The notes beneath the pieces are model-generated. The model was not told where the DNA came from, ran no database searches, and worked only from the letters and a program-made list of their open reading frames with translations. Position numbers and translations under genes: made by a program. DNA of 64,000 bases, from the NCBI GenBank assembly GCA_036273215.1, contig DASUIC010000067.1, positions 2,897 to 66,896 on the forward strand, given 5' to 3'. The stretch is from Sphingomicrobium sp. GTDB taxonomy: Bacteria; Pseudomonadota; Alphaproteobacteria; Sphingomonadales; Sphingomonadaceae. Positions 10,404-17,518 of the stretch are shown here, piece by piece (positions within the stretch are counted from its first letter, which is position 1; each line of letters opens with the position of its first letter).

Positions 10404-10976
10404 CTACCCGCGCGTAGCGCCGGGCTTCCACAGCACGTCGCCGCCGCGCGCCGAGGCGAGGCTTCGGGCGAGCACGAACAGATGGTCCGACAGGCGGTTG
10501 AGGTAGATCCGCGCGAGCGGGTTCAGGGGCACGTGCCGGGAGGCGTCGACCGTGCTGCGCTCGGCGCGGCGGACCGCGGCCCGCGCGAGGTGAAGCTCGG
10601 CGCTTCCACCGCCGCCGCCCGGAAGGATGAAGCTTCGAAGCGGCTCGAGGCTTTCGTTCATCTGGTCGATCTCGCGTTCGAGGCGGTCGATCTGCGCCTG
10701 GATAATACGCAACGCCGTCTCGCTCGGACTAAAATCCTCGGCCGGGGTGGCGATGTCCGCTCCCAGATCGAACAATTCGTTCTGGATCGCGGTCAGCATC
10801 GAGAGCGCCTGTTCGTCGTCGATCGCGAGAAGCGCCACGCCGATCGCGCTGTTGGCTTCGTCGACATCGCCGATCGCGCGAGCGAGCGGATGCTCCTTCG
10901 GAATGCGCGACCCGTCGGCGAGACCCATTTCGCCGCCGTCGCCGGTCCGCGTGTAGATCTTGTTGAGCCTGACCAA
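10404..10976 (-). CDS. PduO-type cob(I)alamin adenosyltransferase
   Basis: KIYTRTGDGG, GDVDEANS, FILPGG, RRAER, YLNRLSD; TTG start at 10976. Confidence 0.92.
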   Translation of the reverse strand: MVRLNKIYTRTGDGGEMGLADGSRIPKEHPLARAIGDVDEANSAIGVALLAIDDEQALSMLTAIQNELFDLGADIATPAEDFSPSETALRIIQAQIDRLEREIDQMNESLEPLRSFILPGGGGGSAELHLARAAVRRAERSTVDASRHVPLNPLARIYLNRLSDHLFVLARSLASARGGDVLWKPGATRG

Positions 10977-10987
10977 GCCGGTGCCGC

Positions 10988-11191
10988 CTAGTGCGACGCG
11001 CCGGCGACGAACAGGATGAGCATGACGATGACGATCGCGAGCGCCTGGAACAGCACACGGCGCTGCATCCATTTCTGCGATTGCTCGCCGGTCAGGTCCT
11101 TTCCCGACGCCATGGCGATGACTCCGCGCACGAGCACGTAGACGACGCCCGCCATCGCCAGGAGCAGAAGGACGAGCAGGACGTAGCGCAT
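10988..11191 (-). CDS. HIG1-like twin-transmembrane small protein
   Basis: 67 aa, two TMs, SQKWMQRRVLFQALAI. Confidence 0.8.
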   Translation of the reverse strand: MRYVLLVLLLLAMAGVVYVLVRGVIAMASGKDLTGEQSQKWMQRRVLFQALAIVIVMLILFVAGASH

Positions 11192-11201
11192 GGGGAGCGC
11201 C

Positions 11202-12047
11202 TTAAGCGCCGAGAAGCATGAAACCAAGCGGTAGCTTGCCCGCGAGCAGGGTGGCGGCGAGGGCGCGCCCGTCGACTCCGCTCTCGCGCATCGCGGCGAG
11301 CGTTGGTGCGCGGTCGCGCTTGGCAAGGCGGCGGCCGTCGGCGTGGGCGACGAGCGGGTGGTGCAAATAGGCCGGCTCGGGCAAGCCAAGGAGTATTTGG
11401 AGCAGGCGCTGGATCGGTGTCGATGGGCGCAGGTCCTCGGCGCGAGTGACGAGGGTCACTCGGCTTTCCGCGTCATCGACGACACAGGCGAGGTGATAGG
11501 CGGCCGGCGCATCTTTTCGGGCGAGGATGACGTCGTCAAAGTCGTCGCGGCTCGAAACGAATGTGCGGCCGTCGATTTCTGTCCATGAGGGAAGGCCGCT
11601 GAGCTCCAGCGCTTTGCTCACGTTGAGGCGCCAGCTGTGCGCCTCGCGGGAGCGCCGCTCCGGATCATCGGCAAGGGCGCGGCAGGTGCCGGGATAATGC
11701 GCCGCCAGGCCATGCGGCGCTTCGAGCGCGGTCGCGATGTCGCTTCGCGTGCAGAAGCAGGGATAGACGAGTCCGCGCTCGCGCAGTCGGTTCAGCAGCT
11801 CTTCGTACGACGGGCCTCGCTGCGACTGCACCAGTACCGGTTCATCCCAGTCGAGGCCGAGCCAGCCGAGGTCCTCGACTATGCCGTCGACATACTCCGG
11901 CCTGCTGCGCGTCTGGTCGAGGTCCTCGATGCGGAGGAGGAATTTGCCGCCGCCTCCGCGGGCGCGCGCGTGGCCGAGAACGGCACTGTATGCATGTCCG
12001 AGGTGCAGCCGTCCCGTCGGCGACGGCGCGAAGCGGGTGACGATCAC
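11202..12047 (-). CDS. gluQ: Glutamyl-Q tRNA(Asp) synthetase
   Basis: RFAPSPTGRLHLGH, LRIEDLD, YPCFCTR, RLAKR; lacks anticodon-binding domain. Confidence 0.93.
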   Translation of the reverse strand: MIVTRFAPSPTGRLHLGHAYSAVLGHARARGGGGKFLLRIEDLDQTRSRPEYVDGIVEDLGWLGLDWDEPVLVQSQRGPSYEELLNRLRERGLVYPCFCTRSDIATALEAPHGLAAHYPGTCRALADDPERRSREAHSWRLNVSKALELSGLPSWTEIDGRTFVSSRDDFDDVILARKDAPAAYHLACVVDDAESRVTLVTRAEDLRPSTPIQRLLQILLGLPEPAYLHHPLVAHADGRRLAKRDRAPTLAAMRESGVDGRALAATLLAGKLPLGFMLLGA

Positions 12048-12051
12048 TTAC

Positions 12052-12240
12052 TTCCTCCCCAGCAAAGCTGGGGAGGGGAACCATGCGCAGCATGGTGGAG
12101 GGGATCGAAGTGCGCGGCATGCCGGGGGCATGCCGATTGCGCGAGATCGGACGCCAGAGTCGTCCGTGAGCGCCGAGTCAGTTACCCCTCCACCGCCGTC
12201 GGCGGTTCCCCTCCCCACGAGCTTCGCTCGCAGGGAGGAA
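12052..12240. repeat. ~190-bp multi-hairpin palindromic element, copy A (intergenic)
   Basis: Ends TTCCTCCC...GGGAGGAA; nested stems; near-identical core to 18427-18617. Confidence 0.92.
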
Positions 12241-12438
12241 CTGTTGCCGAATGGACTCTTGACCGCCCTGCGCCGGAAATGCTGTCATAGGCACGTCACG
12301 CCGGCTTGGCACCCGGCTGGGCGGAAGGGAAGCGGGCCGGAATGCCCTCTCCTCCTGACCCTTCAATGGGGCGCGTGCGACGGGCCGGGGAGCTGCAGTT
12401 CGGAACGGAAACCGAACGAAAGGCTTTGTCGCTGTCGA

Positions 12439-13005
12439 ATGTACCATCCTGAGCTGATCCGCCATCCCGAAAGCTGCCCGGCGCTGGTGCTCAACGCCGA
12501 TTACACGCCTTTGTCCTATTACCCGCTCTCGCTGTGGCCGTGGCAGACGGCGATCAAGGCAATGTTCCTGGAGAGGGTCGACGTGGTCGCCCATTACGAC
12601 CGCGAAGTTCACTCGCCGAGCATGGCGCTGAAGCTTCCGAGCGTCATCGCGCTTCGCGAATATGTGCGGCCCAACGAATATCCGGCGTTCACCCGGTTCA
12701 ACCTGTTCCTTCGCGACAAATTCCGCTGCGTCTATTGCGGATCGGCGCGTGAGCTGACGTTCGACCATGTCGTCCCACGCGCGCACGGCGGGCGCACGAC
12801 GTGGGAGAATGTCGCGACCGCCTGCGCCCCGTGCAACTTGAGGAAGGGCGGCCGGACTCCGCGCGAAGCGCACATGCACCCCCACCGCGACCCGATCCGC
12901 CCCACGACCTGGCAGCTCCAGGAGCACGGCCGGGCCTTCCCGCCCAACTATCTGCACGAGAGCTGGCGGGACTATTTGTACTGGGATGTCGAGCTGGAGC
13001 CGTAG
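12439..13005 (+). CDS. HNH endonuclease (McrA-like)
   Basis: LVLNADYTPLS, RDKFRCVYCG, LTFDHVVPR, WENVATACAPCNLRKG. Confidence 0.9.
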   Translation: MYHPELIRHPESCPALVLNADYTPLSYYPLSLWPWQTAIKAMFLERVDVVAHYDREVHSPSMALKLPSVIALREYVRPNEYPAFTRFNLFLRDKFRCVYCGSARELTFDHVVPRAHGGRTTWENVATACAPCNLRKGGRTPREAHMHPHRDPIRPTTWQLQEHGRAFPPNYLHESWRDYLYWDVELEP

Positions 13006-13028
13006 CGCGGGGACCGGCACTTCAAGTC

Positions 13029-13113
13029 GTCATGCTGAACTTGTTTCAGCATCCATTGCGGAGACGAATAGCGATCTTCACGAAAATGGATCCTGAAACG
13101 AGTTCAGGATGAC
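13029..13113. repeat. ~85-bp REP/RPE-like palindrome, copy 1
   Basis: GTCATGCTGAACTTGTTTCAGCATCCA...TGGATCCTGAAACGAGTTCAGGATGAC; second copy at 16469-16552. Confidence 0.9.
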
Positions 13114-13961
13114 AGGAAGGTATTGACGGCCGGAGCTACATCCTCCCGTCGTAGTGCAATCGCTACGTTCGCGATCACGAACCCCGCCGCGCTTCCGCAG
13201 TCGTAGCGCTCGCCGTCGAAGCGGTAGGCGTGGACCGGCTGCTTCCCGATCAGTCTCGCGATCCCGTCGGTCAGCTGGATTTCGCCGCCGGCGCCTTTCT
13301 CCTGAGCATCGAGCGCGCGCATCACCTCGGGCTGGAGGATGTAGCGGCCGGGCAGCATCAGGTTCGACGGCGCGGTTCCGGGCGCGGGCTTTTCGATCAT
13401 GCCCCGGATTTCGGTCAGCCGGCCGTCGCTCGCGCCGGGGTCGATCACGCCATATTTGTGGGTCTCGCTGTCCGGCACTTCGAGCGCGGCGACGATGTTG
13501 CCGCCGACCTGCTCATAGGCCTCGACCATCTGCGCGAGGCAGTTGGGCCTGCCGACCATCAGCTCGTCGGGGAGAAGCACCGCGAACGGCTCGTCGCCGA
13601 CGATGTGGCGCGCGCACCAGACCGCGTGGCCGAGGCCGAGCGGCTGCTGCTGGCGGACGGTGACGACCTCGCCGAACCTGGCGTTGGACGGCTCGAGCGG
13701 GTCGAGGCTCTTGCCCTTGGCCTTGAGCGTCGCCTCGAGCTCGTAGGCATGGTCGAAATAGTCGACCAGCGCAGACTTGCCGCGCCCGGTGACGAAGATC
13801 AGCTGCTCGATCCCCGCCTCACGCGCCTCGTCGACCGCGTACTGGATCAGCGGCCGGTCGACGATCGTGACCATTTCCTTGGGGATGCTCTTGGTCGCCG
13901 GGAGCAGGCGCGTGCCGAGCCCCGCGACGGGAAAAACCGCCTTTCGGATTGGCTTCGCCAT
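13104..13961 (-). CDS. galU: UTP--glucose-1-phosphate uridylyltransferase
   Basis: KAVFPVAGLGTRLLPATK..PKEM, GLGHAV, IEKP, GEIQLTD, YDCG. Confidence 0.96.
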   Translation of the reverse strand: MAKPIRKAVFPVAGLGTRLLPATKSIPKEMVTIVDRPLIQYAVDEAREAGIEQLIFVTGRGKSALVDYFDHAYELEATLKAKGKSLDPLEPSNARFGEVVTVRQQQPLGLGHAVWCARHIVGDEPFAVLLPDELMVGRPNCLAQMVEAYEQVGGNIVAALEVPDSETHKYGVIDPGASDGRLTEIRGMIEKPAPGTAPSNLMLPGRYILQPEVMRALDAQEKGAGGEIQLTDGIARLIGKQPVHAYRFDGERYDCGSAAGFVIANVAIALRREDVAPAVNTFLSS

Positions 13962-14288
13962 TCAGCCGCCGGGAGTGACGGACGTGGCGTTGTTGCCGAC
14001 GATCGGAGGCTCGACCCCCGCCGGCTGCGCTGGCGCGGCTCCGCCGGTCGGCGGCGGCAGGTCGAACGGGTCCTGCGGCCTTGGCACCGAGCGCTTGACC
14101 AGCTCGTCGACGCGGTCCGGCTTGGCGTAGGCCGGCCTGGTCAGAAGCTCCTGCGGGGTCGGAGTCTCTCGCGCCATCAGCGGCTTGACCGGCAGATGCT
14201 CTCCCGCGGCGGGCTTGAGGTCCGCGACATGGCCGCATGAGCCGACCGCCAGCACCGCGGCCGCCGCAATGATGCGCGTCAACTTCAT
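13962..14288 (-). CDS. Putative lipoprotein
   Basis: Signal peptide with lipobox LAVGSC; Pro-rich tail; stop abuts galU start. Confidence 0.75.
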   Translation of the reverse strand: MKLTRIIAAAAVLAVGSCGHVADLKPAAGEHLPVKPLMARETPTPQELLTRPAYAKPDRVDELVKRSVPRPQDPFDLPPPTGGAAPAQPAGVEPPIVGNNATSVTPGG

Positions 14289-14334
14289 GGCTTCCGACTA
14301 GCCGTTCGCCGGCGCTTAGGCTAGCGGCGCGGGC

Positions 14335-14898
14335 ATGCGCATTCTCATTGCCGCCTGCGCGCTGATCGCGCTCGCCGCCTGCCACAAATCGCCCCAGCCG
14401 GCCGCAAGCCAGAACGTGCCGGTCGCGAGCGAGGCGGGCGGCACGGGGCTCGACCGAAGCCACAAGGGCCAGCCGTTTCCGAACGTCCAGTTCACCGATC
14501 CCGACGGCACAATGACCAGCTACGCCGGCCTCAAGGGCGTTCCGACGCTGGTCAACCTGTGGGCGACCTGGTGCATCCCGTGCATCAAGGAGCTGCCAAC
14601 GCTCGAGAAGCTGGGGAAGGAGAAGAAGGCCGACCTCTGGGTCGTTCCGATCAACCAGGACATGGCCCCCGAGGCTTCGGTGCGGGCCTTCCTCAAGCTG
14701 CACAAGCTCGACATTCCCGAATATCGCGACCCGAAGATGAAGGTCGCCACCGCGCTCGGGGCGGAGGTGCTTCCGACCTCGATCCTGTTCGATTCGAACG
14801 GCAAGGAAGTGTGGCGCTACGTCGGCGACCTCGACTGGACGAGCCCCAAGGCGGCCAAGATCCTGGCCGAAGCGGATACCGGCCAAAAAGCGCGCTGA
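14335..14898 (+). CDS. TlpA/ResA-family thiol-disulfide oxidoreductase lipoprotein
   Basis: Lipobox LAAC; VNLWATWCIPCIKELP; LPTSIL. Confidence 0.92.
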   Translation: MRILIAACALIALAACHKSPQPAASQNVPVASEAGGTGLDRSHKGQPFPNVQFTDPDGTMTSYAGLKGVPTLVNLWATWCIPCIKELPTLEKLGKEKKADLWVVPINQDMAPEASVRAFLKLHKLDIPEYRDPKMKVATALGAEVLPTSILFDSNGKEVWRYVGDLDWTSPKAAKILAEADTGQKAR

Positions 14899-14967
14899 GG
14901 GCCCTGCCCTGCGGAAGCCCCGACGGACCGCCGGAAGGACAGGGCCGCTCGCAATCTCAGGCGGCGT

Positions 14968-15858
14968 CTACCAGAAGAAGCCGGGGATCACGTCGATGAC
15001 GGTCCCGCTGTAGGTGTCGACCAGGATCGCGTCGTTCCAGTAGCGGATCCACACCGCGCCGGGGGGCGGATAGGGCAGTCCGTAAATGCCCGGATCGATC
15101 CAATACTGGTTGCCGTAATATTCCGGCCACATCCGGTAGCCGATCGAGAAGGGTTGATAGTCCCAGCCGAACGGATCGATGAAGATCCCGAAGTGGAATA
15201 GCGACCGGTGATGCCGGCGACGGTCGCGCCAGTCGTAGCGGCGATCGTTGCGCCAATCGGTGTTCCAGTTCACCTGATGATGGCGTCCGTCAACGCGAAG
15301 CGGCGGCTCGGTGCCGGGACGCGGCACGTTGCTGACGACGAGCGGGTTGCGCGAGCGCATGACGCCGGGGAGCGCGCGATCGGATTGGCGGAAGTCGCCG
15401 CCCTGAACGCGCTGGCCGCGAGCGCGGTCGCGCGGCGCAGTCACCATGCGCGGACCCGGGGCGGCATAGACCTGCTGCTGCTGTTCCGCCCGGACCCGAG
15501 GATTGCCCTCGAAACGCCTCACGCCATTGTCCTGGACCGCCACTCCGGCGTCGGCATTCATATGCGCGCCACCATTGCCGGCGAAATTCGGACGTCCTTC
15601 GAAGCGCTGACCCTCGACGTGCTGCTGTCCGCCGCCGTTGAAGCCCTGCTGGCGCATCTGCGCCTGCGGAGCCTGCATGCGCGGAGCGGTGAACTGCGGA
15701 CGCTCGGCGCGCTCCTGCTGACGCTCCTGGCGCGCCTGCTGGTGCTCCTCGTGGGCCTGTTGGCGATTGTCGTTGGACTGGTGATCGGGGTCATGACCGG
15801 CGATCGCGGGCGTTGCTGCGGCCCCGGCCAGCAACACGGCAATGAGAAACTTACGCAT
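14968..15858 (-). CDS. Secreted RcnB-family protein with low-complexity N-terminus
   Basis: Signal peptide; Q/R/G-rich linker; C-terminal YGLPYPPPGAVWIRYWNDAILVD...G.VID. Confidence 0.8.
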   Translation of the reverse strand: MRKFLIAVLLAGAAATPAIAGHDPDHQSNDNRQQAHEEHQQARQERQQERAERPQFTAPRMQAPQAQMRQQGFNGGGQQHVEGQRFEGRPNFAGNGGAHMNADAGVAVQDNGVRRFEGNPRVRAEQQQQVYAAPGPRMVTAPRDRARGQRVQGGDFRQSDRALPGVMRSRNPLVVSNVPRPGTEPPLRVDGRHHQVNWNTDWRNDRRYDWRDRRRHHRSLFHFGIFIDPFGWDYQPFSIGYRMWPEYYGNQYWIDPGIYGLPYPPPGAVWIRYWNDAILVDTYSGTVIDVIPGFFW

Positions 15859-15906
15859 GACAGTGACCTTTCGAATTACTGGCCAGAAGCTCTACTGTTT
15901 GTCATC

Positions 15907-15922
15907 TTAGCAGCGGCTGAAC
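15907..15922 (-). promoter_or_regulatory. Direct-repeat box GTTCA-N6-GCTAA (candidate OmpR-family site)
   Basis: Same architecture as 53216-53231 and 63787-63802; ~50 bp upstream of RcnB-like gene. Confidence 0.5.
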
Positions 15923-15940
15923 CGTTTCGGAGCCGTATAT

Positions 15941-16438
15941 TCATCTTTGTAAATGTTGCGCGGTGGTTCCTGGCGCTTGGGCGCTTGGCGCAGGCGTCGT
16001 CTGTGCAGCCCGCGCGATCGCCTTCTTGATCCGGGCGTAAGCGCCGCAGCGGCAGAGATTGGGGAGCGCCGCGATTTGTTCGTCGCTTGGATTGGGGCTG
16101 GCTTGCAGCAGTGCTGCAATCGCCATGATGAAGCCCGGTTCGCAAAAACCGCACATCGTCGCCTGTTCCGCAATCCACGCCTGCTGCACCGGGTGCGAGC
16201 CGTTGGCCGACAAGCCTTCGATGGTCGTCACCTGAGCGCCTTCGAGGTCGCGAAGCGCGACGCTGCAGCTGGTCACCGCTCGGCCGTCGATGATGACCGT
16301 GCAAGCGCCGCAGTCGCGGCTGTCGCATCCGTACTTGGCGCCCGTCAGGTTCGAGGCATCGCGAAGCGCCCAAAGCAGCGGGGTCGCGGCGTCGAGCCGA
16401 TACTCCACCGCTTCGCCGTTCACCGTCATCTTAGCCAT
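15941..16438 (-). CDS. (2Fe-2S)-binding small subunit of xanthine/isoquinoline oxidoreductase family
   Basis: TGAKYGC..CGACTV, TTIEGL, CGFC.PG, NLCRCG. Confidence 0.9.
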   Translation of the reverse strand: MAKMTVNGEAVEYRLDAATPLLWALRDASNLTGAKYGCDSRDCGACTVIIDGRAVTSCSVALRDLEGAQVTTIEGLSANGSHPVQQAWIAEQATMCGFCEPGFIMAIAALLQASPNPSDEQIAALPNLCRCGAYARIKKAIARAAQTTPAPSAQAPGTTAQHLQR

Positions 16439-16468
16439 GGCGAAAAGCTAGCGCGCGAACCATTGCCC

Positions 16469-16552
16469 GTCATGCTGAACTTGTTTCAGCATCCATTTTC
16501 TTCGTAGGATGAGCGGGTCTCCGGAATGGACCCTGAAACGAGTTCAGGTGAC
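16469..16552. repeat. ~85-bp REP/RPE-like palindrome, copy 2
   Basis: GTCATGCTGAACTTGTTTCAGCATCCA...TGGACCCTGAAACGAGTTCAGGTGAC; arms match 13029-13113, spacer differs. Confidence 0.9.
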
Positions 16553-16567
16553 GGAAGTGAGGCAAGA

Positions 16568-17356
16568 ATGCCGCGCGTACCGACGAGTAACGGCTACGAG
16601 CTCGGCTATGCCGAAGCCGGCGCCGGCGAGCGGCTGCCGATCGTATTGCTCCACGGAGTCGGGTCGGACAAGTCGGTGTGGCGCCCGCAGCTCGAGCATT
16701 TCGGTGAGGAGCGCCGAACGCTCGCGTTCGACTATCCGGGCTATGGCGAAAGCGACCCCGCGCCCGAGGGTACCACGCGCGAGGATTATGCGTCGGCGAT
16801 CTTCTCGGCGATGCACGAGCTCGGCATCGACCGAGCGCACGTCTGCGGCCTGTCGCTCGGCGGCGTGGTCGCGATCGCGATGAGCCATGCCGACCCGGAC
16901 CGCTGCGCCTCGCTGGTCCTCGCCGACAGCTTCGCCGCGCACCCGGACGGACGCGCGATCTACGCGCGCTCGCTTGCGGCAGCAGACAACCTCCGCGCGG
17001 CCGCGGAATCGCGCGTCGACATCCTGCTCGCGCAGCCCGCTGACCCGGCGGTGCGCGGCGAAGTGGTCGAGACGATGGCGCGAATCGACCCCGCCGCCTA
17101 CCGGATCGGCGCCGAGGCCGTCTGGCTCGCCGACCAGCGCGAGCGCGCCGAAGCGATCCGCGCCCCGACGCTCGTCCTCTGCGGCACCGACGACAAGGTC
17201 ACGCCGCCCGTCCTCTCACGCGAGCTCGCGCACCTGATCCCCGGTTCACGGTACGAGCCGATCGAAGGCGCCGGCCACATCTCCAACCTCGAGCGCGCGA
17301 ACGAGTTCAACACTCTCGTCGGCGCGTTCATTCGCGGGGTCGATTCGCGAAGCTGA
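16568..17356 (+). CDS. Alpha/beta hydrolase (enol-lactonase-like)
   Basis: LLHGVG, DYPGYGES, GLSLGG nucleophile elbow, GTDD, GAGHISN. Confidence 0.88.
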   Translation: MPRVPTSNGYELGYAEAGAGERLPIVLLHGVGSDKSVWRPQLEHFGEERRTLAFDYPGYGESDPAPEGTTREDYASAIFSAMHELGIDRAHVCGLSLGGVVAIAMSHADPDRCASLVLADSFAAHPDGRAIYARSLAAADNLRAAAESRVDILLAQPADPAVRGEVVETMARIDPAAYRIGAEAVWLADQRERAEAIRAPTLVLCGTDDKVTPPVLSRELAHLIPGSRYEPIEGAGHISNLERANEFNTLVGAFIRGVDSRS

Positions 17357-17485
17357 GGCAAAGGTCTGTCCTACAGGCGCGCTGCTGTGCAATGCTGCGG
17401 CAATGCGCTGCCGCCGTTTCGCGCCGATCTCATTGAACCTGTCGCGCCAACGTTGCGCGCGCGTGCGCGCACGCACGCGTGAGAC

Positions 17486-17503
17486 TGTGAACATTGTGAA
17501 CAT
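17486..17503. repeat. Tandem 9-mer TGTGAACAT x2
   Basis: Perfect direct repeat 15 bp upstream of the monooxygenase ATG. Confidence 0.7.
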
Positions 17504-17518
17504 TCGCGGGCGAGCGGC

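Noticed and set aside
11881-12438. N-terminally extended 374-aa HNH protein as in the ORF track
   Set aside because: Extension overlaps gluQ on the opposite strand and runs through a repeat; family-like sequence begins at MYHP (12439)
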